Part shown: positions 1-7,706 of the stretch, one piece after another
Position numbering within the stretch: the stretch's first letter is position 1
Layout: each line of letters begins with the position of its first letter
Origin: Oscillospiraceae bacterium
GTDB taxonomy: Bacteria > Bacillota > Clostridia > Oscillospirales > Oscillospiraceae
Assembly (NCBI GenBank): GCA_020025715.1
Contig: JAHHRQ010000003.1
Span: 105 to 64,104 of the forward strand
Direction: 5' to 3'
Length of the DNA: 64,000 nucleotides
The notes under the pieces: model-generated
The model's database searches: none
Seen by the model: only the letters and a program-made list of their open reading frames with translations
What the model was told of the DNA's origin: nothing
Made by a program: the position numbers and the translations under genes

Positions 1-703
1 TGCCGAAGTGAAGTTCCTTCATACCCTCAACCTCGTCACATATATCCTTGAGTGCACATACTGAGCAGTCTGTGGGCAGACCTTCAAGAATGTGAGTAAG
101 AGTACCGGTAACATCGTTGGACTTTTTCGCAAGGTCTTTCATAGCCTTGAAATCAAAGCCGGACTTGGTGATGAAGATAACTCTGGCGTTGAGCACACTG
201 GAGTTCTTTTTATACTCTCTTATGTAGCTTGCGCCAATGGATTTAAAGCTAATACCCTTTTTCAGAGCCTTCTTGCTGACACGAACCTGCTCCCTGTAAT
301 TCTCAGGAGACATACGCACCATGTAACCTTCCGGGTACACATGATACTTAGCAAACTCAATGTCTTTAAGAGTTCTGTAAACGGCCTCGTCATCATCGCT
401 TAAAAGCCCTACACGGAGAAGTACTATGCGTGCGAAATCCACATCGCCCTTTATCTCTTTAAGGTCGGGACCGTAAAGCAGTATCTCGTCCTTATCCACC
501 AGCTCGTGGTTGGAAGTAAAGAGAACATAGTTAGCAGAGCCTTTGCCCTGGGCGCCAAGCTCGTAAGCGGCGTCCTTCTGCAAGACCAGTTCGCTGGAAC
601 CGATGTCAGTCCAGCAGTCCTTTTCGGAATAATCCCACCTTTTTGCGCTGCCATTTTCCAGCAGAGCCTCGGTATCCTTGATCAGGGAATTGTACAGTTC
701 CAT
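1..703 (-). CDS. Acetyl-CoA synthase (AcsB/CdhC) domain-like protein, partial; 3' end lies beyond the window edge
   Basis: Absent from the supplied track because it runs off the window. ATG at 703-701, open to base 1 (234 codons, checked by hand). Translation: MELYNSLIKD...AYELGAQGKGSANYVLFTSNHELVDKDEILLYGPDLKEIKGDVDFARIVLL...DIEFAKYHVYPEGYMVRMS...VRVSKKALKKGISFKSIG...ARVIFITKS...DCSVCALKDICDEV. By eye this lines up with the Moorella AcsB stretch ..VEMGG..FELV..IEVIGPDI..LGILV..DFE..INYGEG..LRVSKDAVAKGFRFKNYG..VQVTIFT..SCVLCQSF that leads into the A-cluster Cys motif. Recognised from memory, no search done. Confidence 0.55.
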   Translation of the reverse strand, partial: MELYNSLIKDTEALLENGSAKRWDYSEKDCWTDIGSSELVLQKDAAYELGAQGKGSANYVLFTSNHELVDKDEILLYGPDLKEIKGDVDFARIVLLRVGLLSDDDEAVYRTLKDIEFAKYHVYPEGYMVRMSPENYREQVRVSKKALKKGISFKSIGASYIREYKKNSSVLNARVIFITKSGFDFKAMKDLAKKSNDVTGTLTHILEGLPTDCSVCALKDICDEVEGMKELHFG

Positions 704-706
704 AAA

Positions 707-865
707 TCAGAATACCAGGTCGACTTTCTTACGGTCGAATATTTCGTTCATTCTCATGTATACCCATGACAGAAGTTTCTGATCCAAGTTCCAGAAATAA
801 ACTACGAACAGAAGTCCTGTGACCGCAAGGAGGACTTTTAAAAGTTTCTTAAAGAATTTGCACAT
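707..865 (-). CDS. Hypothetical small membrane protein (52 aa)
   Basis: ATG 865-863, TGA 709-707. MCKFFKKLLKVLLAVTGLLFVVYFWNLDQKLLSWVYMRMNEIFDRKKVDLVF has one hydrophobic helix after a KK cluster. AAGGAG lies 13 nt upstream and an in-frame TAA two codons upstream fixes the start. Below the size cut-off of the supplied track. Same reading frame as the downstream ACS-like ORF. Confidence 0.4.
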   Translation of the reverse strand: MCKFFKKLLKVLLAVTGLLFVVYFWNLDQKLLSWVYMRMNEIFDRKKVDLVF

Positions 866-916
866 ATTTCTTTATATGCTCCTTTCCTGAAGATGGAGTT
901 AATTATAAGCTAAAAA

Positions 917-1711
917 TTATTTCTTAGCAAGACCCTTCTGGCGTGCATACTCAGCAGCGCCCAGAGCACCCATAAGCTGAGGGTCGGTCTTAAGGTCGAC
1001 AACTTTCAGCTTCAGGACATGCTCGATAGCTTCCTTCAGACCGTCATTCTTTGCGCAGCCGCCGGTCAGGGTGATGGAGTCGGTAGCACCGGCCTTCTTA
1101 GCCATAACGAAGCAGCGCTTTGCAACTGCCATTTCGATACCGGCTGCGATCTCGTCGATGGGCTTGCCTTCGCCGACGAGGGTGATAACCTCAGACTCTG
1201 CGAAAACAGTGCACTGAGCGGTTATAGGAATAACGTTCTTTGCCTTCAGAGAGAGCTTGGAGAACTCAGGAAGAGTAACTTCAAATGCACGGGCCATAGC
1301 CTCGAAGAAACGGCCGGTACCGGCAGCGCACTTATCGTTCATAGCGAAGTTCTTAACAGTACCGTCGGTATCAATGCTGATACCCTTAACGTCCTGTCCG
1401 CCGATATCGATAATAGCCTTAACGTCGGGGTTGGTAACATGAACGCCCATTGCGTGGCAGGAGATTTCGGAGATATTTTCATCAGCGAAAGGAACCTTGT
1501 TACGTCCGTAACCGGTACCGATGAGGTATTCCAGGTCCTTGGAGGTCTTGAGGCCCACCTTGTCCAGAACTTCCTGCATTGCAGCCTCTGCGGACTGCTG
1601 AGCATTCATCTTGCTTCTGATGGTGGTATCAGCCATAATTTTGCCGTTTTCATCAATAATTATTGCCTTGGTGTAGGTAGAACCAACGTCACATCCGCCG
1701 AAGTATTTCAT
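917..1711 (-). CDS. HgdC/BcrAD_BadFG-type ATP-dependent activase (archerase) of radical dehydratase/reductase systems
   Basis: 264 aa. ASKHA phosphate-1 motif GCDVGSTYTKAIII, then DIGGQD. Both cluster-bridging Cys contexts are present (NDKCAAGTGRF and ITAQCTVFAESE), plus LTGGCAKN. GGGAGG SD sits 9 nt upstream. Confidence 0.9.
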   Translation of the reverse strand: MKYFGGCDVGSTYTKAIIIDENGKIMADTTIRSKMNAQQSAEAAMQEVLDKVGLKTSKDLEYLIGTGYGRNKVPFADENISEISCHAMGVHVTNPDVKAIIDIGGQDVKGISIDTDGTVKNFAMNDKCAAGTGRFFEAMARAFEVTLPEFSKLSLKAKNVIPITAQCTVFAESEVITLVGEGKPIDEIAAGIEMAVAKRCFVMAKKAGATDSITLTGGCAKNDGLKEAIEHVLKLKVVDLKTDPQLMGALGAAEYARQKGLAKK

Positions 1712-1842
1712 ATATATATCCTCCCAAATATGTATTTTTTAATCAGGGCGGAGACAGCCGCCCCTTAACTTCATTTTACCGTGGTCTGAGGGGTCTTTCA
1801 TTGGCCCCGGAGGCCATCAAACTTTCAGCTCAGGCTGAAAAT

Positions 1843-3630
1843 TTACATGCAGATATCGTCCTCGAAGTCGACCAGAGAAGCGTCGATAGGCTCAGCCTGC
1901 TTGACAGTACGCATATACTGGCTGACCTTGTCGCGCATGGAGCGGCGGGAGACGGTACGGGGGTCCATAAGGTCGTGCTCAACCCAGATCATGTCTATGC
2001 CGCGCTCACGGCCCTGTTCGTCCAGAATACCCTGAACGGTAGCCATGTTCTTACATGCGACGTTCTGATACATGATGACGAGAGGAGCATTCCAAGCTTC
2101 GCACTGAGCCCACAGCTCATCGACAACGTTCTGGTAACCGCCGTTGGTATGACGACGCATAACCATACGCTCATACAGTCTTGCAAGGTCTCTGAGAGCC
2201 TCTTCCTTATCCTCAGTCTCAAGCATCTTGGTGAAGTTGAGGGACTCCATTTCGACCAGGACATCAATGCCCCAGCAGTTAGCAGCCCAGTTGGAGAAGT
2301 TAGCATAGTAGTGAGCAGGGCAGGACCAAACGATGGCTCTGTACTTCATCTTGCCGGGATAGGGTTCTTCCTTCTTGTCGTAGGCCTTGAGCAGAACCTT
2401 GTTCATCTTGCGCATGGCCTTGAGAGTACGGGGATCGGCGCCGCCGTCCATCTCATAGTTCCACTTACGGAAGAGTTCATATACAGGTCCTATAAACTGA
2501 GGATGAGCGGTCTTGTTGATTTCCCACTTCTGCAGCTCATAGGTGGTTTCTTCGTTGAAGCGCTTAATCTGATTGAAGTATGCATCCCAGTTCCACTTTG
2601 CACCGGTCTGATCCTCAATGAACTTTATGCAGGCTCTGATATCCTCTGCGCCCATCTGAACGGTCTCCTCGTCGTAGTAACGCACGGGGAAACAGAGGTG
2701 GAACACAGGCATATCGGGGAATCTGCGCTTGAAGTAAGAGGAAGCCATGGTGGAACCGTCACAGGGCATGGAGCTTGAAAGGAAGCAGCTTCCCATGTGA
2801 GGCAGTGCGTCGATAACAAGAGCGCCGCACTCGGAAGAAGGAACAGGGCAGGTATCGGAGGGGAGGCCGTAGCTTTCAACAGCGTCGATGTAAGGAACGC
2901 AGGTGAGCTGGTCGATTTCAGATACCAGGAACACAGGCAGAAGCTGGTGAGGAATACCCAGCAGATCGGGGAAACCACCCATAATCTGACCCATGGTCAT
3001 TTCATCGAAGAGAACAGTCTTGCGGCTCAGCTCGCGGCAGTTACCGTTCTTTTCATCGCACTTGGAGAGGAACACAAGGTTCTCTGCAACGTAGCGGAAT
3101 ATTTCGTATGTAGCCATGTGGGACAGGCGGAGGTTTGAGCCTCTCAGACCCATCATGCACTTATCTGCAAAACCGTGGCAGCAGAAGTAGGAAACATACC
3201 AGCGGTAGTAGAACAGGCCGTTAAGGGCGGGGATAAGGTCTTTAGAGAAGGTAAGAAGAAGCATGCCCCAGATATGAGCCCATTCCTTGAAATCGTAAAG
3301 GGTATCCTTTACGCCGCGCCATTCACGACGGACGGTAGCCATATCGCCTTTTCTGTAAAGGCGGCCGAGGTGCTTTTCACCGTTTACGATAACGTCAGCC
3401 TTTTCAGCGGCGGACATATCCTTAAACTCAATGAACTCTTCCTTGACGCGGTTGAGGTCATCCTTCATCTTGAATTTCTGGACACCCCAGAAGTGTTTCA
3501 TATCCACTTCCTTGATCATGTCCTTGGCTATGCCGAAAATTTCCTTCATATTTTCGGCCTGAGCCTTCCAGTTTATTTCATCCTTATACTTGAAGAAAGA
3601 AGGATTAGGGTACTTGGGAGTTCTAGCCAT
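1843..3630 (-). CDS. 2-hydroxyacyl-CoA dehydratase / BcrBC / double-cubane-protein family subunit (large, 595 aa)
   Basis: The Cys-rich C-terminal ~420 aa has the general layout of HgdA/HgdB/BcrC proteins (..SDTCPVPSSECG.., ..SSSMPCDGST.., ..IVWSCPAHYY..). About 170 extra N-terminal residues have no recognisable motif. The ATG overlaps the upstream stop (TAATG at 3628-3632), indicating translational coupling. Confidence 0.75.
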   Translation of the reverse strand: MARTPKYPNPSFFKYKDEINWKAQAENMKEIFGIAKDMIKEVDMKHFWGVQKFKMKDDLNRVKEEFIEFKDMSAAEKADVIVNGEKHLGRLYRKGDMATVRREWRGVKDTLYDFKEWAHIWGMLLLTFSKDLIPALNGLFYYRWYVSYFCCHGFADKCMMGLRGSNLRLSHMATYEIFRYVAENLVFLSKCDEKNGNCRELSRKTVLFDEMTMGQIMGGFPDLLGIPHQLLPVFLVSEIDQLTCVPYIDAVESYGLPSDTCPVPSSECGALVIDALPHMGSCFLSSSMPCDGSTMASSYFKRRFPDMPVFHLCFPVRYYDEETVQMGAEDIRACIKFIEDQTGAKWNWDAYFNQIKRFNEETTYELQKWEINKTAHPQFIGPVYELFRKWNYEMDGGADPRTLKAMRKMNKVLLKAYDKKEEPYPGKMKYRAIVWSCPAHYYANFSNWAANCWGIDVLVEMESLNFTKMLETEDKEEALRDLARLYERMVMRRHTNGGYQNVVDELWAQCEAWNAPLVIMYQNVACKNMATVQGILDEQGRERGIDMIWVEHDLMDPRTVSRRSMRDKVSQYMRTVKQAEPIDASLVDFEDDICM

Positions 3631-4826
3631 TATTTATTTCCCTCCTCTTTGTGAATGCGTTTGATTTCAAGAGACTCAACAAATGCCTGAACACGTGTAC
3701 GGAGCTGACCGGAGTTACCGTTGTTGTAAAGTCTGTCTATGGACAGGACGGGCCAGCCATAGTCATCGGCTACAACGTGGCTTGCCAGAGCTCTCTCGAA
3801 GCCCCAGTAGTCACAGTATTTCATCTGCTCGTAGATTATACCGTCGGCCTTGTATTCCTTTGCGAGTCTGTCGGAGGTCTCACGGCGCTGGAGAACCTTC
3901 TCGTCGGATATGTATCTGGGGCACTCGGAAACTTCCATATAGTGCAGGCAAATCTGACGCAGGGCATCCTCATCGTCACGGAGTTCTATGATCTCACGAC
4001 CGGGAGTGGAGCCGTAGCAGTATCTGTCGGATACAACCAGAGCGCCGCAGCTTTCAATAAGCTCAGTCAGCTGAGGATCGTCGATTTCGGAACCGATAAC
4101 TGCAACACGTGCGCGGAAAGCAGGCTTCTTATCGGGCTTTCTCTGTTTGAGCTCTTCCAGAGTCTCACGCAGATAAGGAAGAATGAGAGCCTTGGGGCAT
4201 ACGTAAGTGCAAAGGTCGATTACGTGGAACTCATAGCCGGTAATTACAGGGTTATCAGCCTTACGCATTTCCATCATTTCGTTGATGATGCGGCAGACCT
4301 CATTGTGCTCCTCAACAGCCTTGCGGATAGCTGCATCGGAGGTGTCCACACCGTAAGCCTCTGTCATTCTGTCAAGCACGCGCAGGCGCATCTGCTTAAC
4401 ATAGGAGTCGAGAGTATAATCGGTGATTTTGTAGGGCATGTCGGTGTGAGTGACAAAGAAGTTGGGTTTGTCATTCACCTTAAGGATTTCGAAATGCTCC
4501 ATGGAACGGTTCATCATGGAACATGCGTCAACACCTATAAGGGCATCCAAGAACTTGTAGCCGCCTTCAATGGCACGCTCCAGAAGGGATCTGGAGAACT
4601 CACAGGAGTAGTTGGACATGTAGTAGGTGGCTATGTCTATGGAACCTGTTTTCGGTGCGCGCAGACGTACTGAGAAGCAATTATCGACGTTGAGCAGTAC
4701 CTCAGGAATGTGGAAACAGGTATATCCCATTGCCAGTTGTCCATCAGCCTGTGCCTGTTTAACCAGCTCATTGTCAGCGTTCTCAAGCAGTTTTTCGAAG
4801 TAGATCAGATGCTTAAGATCTTTCAA
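3630..4826 (-). CDS. 2-hydroxyacyl-CoA dehydratase / BcrBC family subunit (small, 398 aa)
   Basis: Typical family layout: GYTCFHIPEV near the N-terminus, VDACSMMN, RVAVIGSEIDD, DRYCYGS, MKYCDYWG. The start is TTG (4826-4824) with AGAGGTG 6 nt upstream. Confidence 0.75.
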   Translation of the reverse strand: MKDLKHLIYFEKLLENADNELVKQAQADGQLAMGYTCFHIPEVLLNVDNCFSVRLRAPKTGSIDIATYYMSNYSCEFSRSLLERAIEGGYKFLDALIGVDACSMMNRSMEHFEILKVNDKPNFFVTHTDMPYKITDYTLDSYVKQMRLRVLDRMTEAYGVDTSDAAIRKAVEEHNEVCRIINEMMEMRKADNPVITGYEFHVIDLCTYVCPKALILPYLRETLEELKQRKPDKKPAFRARVAVIGSEIDDPQLTELIESCGALVVSDRYCYGSTPGREIIELRDDEDALRQICLHYMEVSECPRYISDEKVLQRRETSDRLAKEYKADGIIYEQMKYCDYWGFERALASHVVADDYGWPVLSIDRLYNNGNSGQLRTRVQAFVESLEIKRIHKEEGNK

Positions 4827-4843
4827 ATGTTACACCTCTTCTT

Positions 4844-5608
4844 TTAAAGTATTTCTATTCTCTGGAGTGCTTCCGTCACTCCCTTGAGCATTGCAGAATC
4901 TGCGGGCAGCTCCATAACGCTCTTGCCTTTAATTTCATTAGCGGCAAAAGTATTGTCCGCAGGGATAAAAGAGAGTATGTCCACACCGGGTATAGACATA
5001 AGGTCTTTCAGTTCCGGATTGGTCATCCGGTTTACAATCGCGCCGATCTTATCGTAAGAGATAAGCTCATCGGCCACATTTTTAATGGTTGATACAACCT
5101 GACAGCCCTTCTTGCTCTGGTCCGTAATGAGCAGAAGGTGAGTAACCTTTTCCATAACGCGGCGCTGAATCTGTTCAATGCCGGCCTCGCCGTCAATAAC
5201 GACGTAATCAAAGCTGTTAGCCAGAAGACTTATAACTTCCTTAAGATAGGAATTAACCTTGCAGTAGCAGCCGGAGCTTTCAGGACGGCCGATTGCCAGA
5301 AATGCAAAACCGGGCATTTCCACAAGGGCGTCAAAAATTCTGAACCGTGCCTCACTGAGAAGTTCAAGTGCTTCCTTGGTCTCGCCGTTTTCAACGCTGT
5401 CCACAATACTCATTCGAATATCGTCCAGCGTCAGATTAACATCTACGCCAAGAGCAACCGAAAGGCCAACCGCCGGGTCTGCGTCTATTGCAAGAATTTT
5501 TTTATCCGGATATTTCTCCACAAGCAGTCTCACGATAGTAGCGGAAATTGAAGTTTTACCGACTCCGCCTTTACCTGCAACCGTGATTATTTTGGCCATG
5601 TTCTCCAT
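4844..5608 (-). CDS. CooC/AcsF-type P-loop ATPase (nickel-insertion accessory protein family)
   Basis: 254 aa. Deviant Walker A GKGGVGKTS and DADP. The C-x-C metal-binding motif GCYCKV sits at the position characteristic of CooC rather than MinD/ParA. Walker B-like VVIDGEAG. G-rich SD lies 6 nt before ATG 5608. Confidence 0.75.
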   Translation of the reverse strand: MENMAKIITVAGKGGVGKTSISATIVRLLVEKYPDKKILAIDADPAVGLSVALGVDVNLTLDDIRMSIVDSVENGETKEALELLSEARFRIFDALVEMPGFAFLAIGRPESSGCYCKVNSYLKEVISLLANSFDYVVIDGEAGIEQIQRRVMEKVTHLLLITDQSKKGCQVVSTIKNVADELISYDKIGAIVNRMTNPELKDLMSIPGVDILSFIPADNTFAANEIKGKSVMELPADSAMLKGVTEALQRIEIL

Positions 5609-5666
5609 GTGCGTCCCCCCTAAAGTTTATTTCGCGTACACATATTGTCTATGCTTTGTCGAAGTT

Positions 5667-5695
5667 ATTTTATCACGAAGCTATAAAATATGCAA
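5667..5695 (-). promoter_or_regulatory. Candidate sigma-A promoter of the cooC-like operon
   Basis: Minus strand TTGCAT (5695-5690), 17 nt, TAAAAT (5672-5667), about 55 nt upstream of ATG 5608. The -35 is weak. Confidence 0.35.
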
Positions 5696-5923
5696 GATAA
5701 ACACTTTGAAAATGTAACCAAACCTGTTTTTAGTACAAATTGTGCAAAAATGTTCATCTTTCGCGCCGTTCCTGTTTAGACAGCTTCCTGTTTTTGTAAA
5801 AAAGTTGTAAAGAAAACGGCTTTTTTCGAGCCTAAATCAGTCAAAATCGTAATTCGGGCTAATCGTGTATATGCAATTTTCTTCTTTCTGTATTGCCGAT
5901 TTTAGGCAAAAATGCAAAATTGA

Positions 5924-5960
5924 ACAAAAAATAACAATCCCGTCTTTTTGGGATTGTTAT
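5924..5960 (-). terminator. Rho-independent terminator after the M20 peptidase gene
   Basis: 11-bp stem ATAACAATCCC / GGGATTGTTAT (5931-5960), followed on the minus strand by TTTTTGTT. Confidence 0.8.
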
Positions 5961-6000
5961 TTAAAGTGTGTTAAATTTTAATCAGTGTTTTCTGCCTTTA

Positions 6001-7443
6001 TCAGCACTGTTTCATCAGTCTTATAAAGAATTCGACACTGCGGTGGAGAACGTCAAGGCGTATTCTCTCGTTGTTTCCGTGAATGGTTGCACGCTCCTCA
6101 GCGGTAAGATCCATAGCGGAGAAACGGTAAACCTTATCGGAAAGATCTCTGTAATGGCGGCTGTCGGAGCACTGAATCATAAGGTAAGGTGCAACAAGGC
6201 AGTTTCCCCATGTTGCGGAAACGGCGTTCTTAACCCGCTTCCAGCCCTCGCAGTCGGTGCGGGAAATGGGGCTGGGCTCCATGTGAGCGCCTACGGTAAT
6301 CTTTATGTCGCTGTCGTTGATTGTATTCTTAATGTATTCCTGAGCAGAGGCAACGGAGTCAGAGGGGTTGAGGCGTATGTTGGAAACCATAGAGGCAGAG
6401 GGAGGAATGACGTTGGGAGCCTTGCTTCCCTGCATCTGGGTGAAGGCAACGGTGGTTCTCATAAGAGCGTTCAGCTCGCCGCCGCTCTTTTTGCACATAG
6501 AGTCCAGAATACCGCCGAAGCACCAGAGGTTTGCAAAAATCATACGGTACATGAAGCTGGAATGTCTGCCCAGAGTGTCAAACATCTCTGCAACAGGCTT
6601 TGTGATATGAGCCTTGAAGGGGTGGTTTTCAACCTTTACGCAGGCTGCGGACATTCTGCCCACGGGAGTGTGGGGTTTGGGAGCGGAAGCATGACCGCCG
6701 CTGGAGGAAATACTGTATTCCAGATTCATCATGCCCTTTTCGGCAATGCCTATAAGAGCACAGGGCTCGTGAACGCCGGGGAACACGTTTTCAACAACTG
6801 CTCCGCCTTCGTCAACAACCATGGAGGGAACGATGCCCTGCTCCTTAAAGTAATTTACTATATTTACAGCACCCATGCCGTTAACTTCTTCTCCGCCGGA
6901 GAAGGCGAAATAAATGTCGTTTTCAGGAGTGAAGCCCTGTTTAATCAGGTTTTCGGCTGCGGAAAGTATACCGTTAAAGGTGGCCTTTGTATCCAGAGCA
7001 CCTCTGCCCCAGAGTACGCCGTTTTCGATTATGCCCTCAAAGGGAGGCTTCTCCCAGTTTTCTTCTTCAACGGGCACAACATCGTAGTGAGCCATTAAAA
7101 CAGCGGGATCGCCGTCATTTTTGCCTTTCCAGTGGAAGAGCAGTGCTCTGTTATCCATTCTCTGAAGAGGGCAGGTTTCGATTACATGGGGATAAAGAAC
7201 AGGCAGCTTGCCTATGAGCTTTTCAAACTCTGCGTCATCCTCAAGTGCGGGGTCCTCATTGGAAACAGTTTTGCAGCGGATAAGCTCTCTCAGGGCATTT
7301 TCCGCAGCGTCACGGTCAAAATCCACATCTCCAAAGCTCTGCTTTTCCTCTTCCAGAGGCTTGAAGTTCAAGGTTCTGACTATTATTACCGCAAGCAGAA
7401 TTGCGATAACGGCCAGAATCACGTATAACACGACCATTTTCAT
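6001..7443 (-). CDS. M20-family metallopeptidase (carboxypeptidase-S/PM20D1-like) with N-terminal membrane anchor
   Basis: 480 aa. TM helix VVLYVILAVIAILLAVIIV. M20 signatures LMAHYDVVP, WGRGALDTK, FSGGEEVNG, MVVDEGG. Confidence 0.85.
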   Translation of the reverse strand: MKMVVLYVILAVIAILLAVIIVRTLNFKPLEEEKQSFGDVDFDRDAAENALRELIRCKTVSNEDPALEDDAEFEKLIGKLPVLYPHVIETCPLQRMDNRALLFHWKGKNDGDPAVLMAHYDVVPVEEENWEKPPFEGIIENGVLWGRGALDTKATFNGILSAAENLIKQGFTPENDIYFAFSGGEEVNGMGAVNIVNYFKEQGIVPSMVVDEGGAVVENVFPGVHEPCALIGIAEKGMMNLEYSISSSGGHASAPKPHTPVGRMSAACVKVENHPFKAHITKPVAEMFDTLGRHSSFMYRMIFANLWCFGGILDSMCKKSGGELNALMRTTVAFTQMQGSKAPNVIPPSASMVSNIRLNPSDSVASAQEYIKNTINDSDIKITVGAHMEPSPISRTDCEGWKRVKNAVSATWGNCLVAPYLMIQCSDSRHYRDLSDKVYRFSAMDLTAEERATIHGNNERIRLDVLHRSVEFFIRLMKQC

Positions 7444-7651
7444 CTTCTCCTTTTACTGCAAGTTTTCTTAAATAATTCCGAACCGTCCGGAGCAGAAACA
7501 CCGTTTCCGGTGCCTAACTGCCTGTGGTACAGGGCTCGGGACAGCGGAAATGCTGTATACAATATGATTTTTCACCTGCTGAATAAGCCTAAGCTCCCTT
7601 TAAGTGACAAGAGCCGCATTTCTGCGGCTCTCTTTTCATATTGTGCTTACA

Positions 7652-7680
7652 AGTATACGCTTTAAATAGTTGCTTGTAAA
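7652..7680 (-). promoter_or_regulatory. Candidate sigma-A promoter upstream of the M20 peptidase gene
   Basis: Minus strand TTTACA (7680-7675), 17 nt, TATACT (7657-7652). Implies a ~200-nt leader. Confidence 0.5.
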
Positions 7681-7706
7681 GAATATCTTAAAATATCCGA
7701 TGCACC

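Noticed and set aside
92-769. Plus-strand ORFs 92-403 and 506-769 and minus-strand ORF 451-654 from the track.
   Set aside because: The same region carries a continuous minus-strand ORF (703 to 1) with a coherent ACS-like translation. The track could not list it because it is cut by the window edge, and the listed ORFs are out-of-frame or antisense shadows.
7610-7631. Hairpin AGAGCCGCA-TTTC-TGCGGCTCT, considered as the terminator of the patatin-like gene (7707-8825, minus).
   Set aside because: The U-tract (CTTTTC) follows the hairpin only on the plus strand, where no gene ends. On the minus strand it is followed by GTCACTTAAAGG and lies downstream of a good promoter, so it is treated as part of the M20 leader instead.
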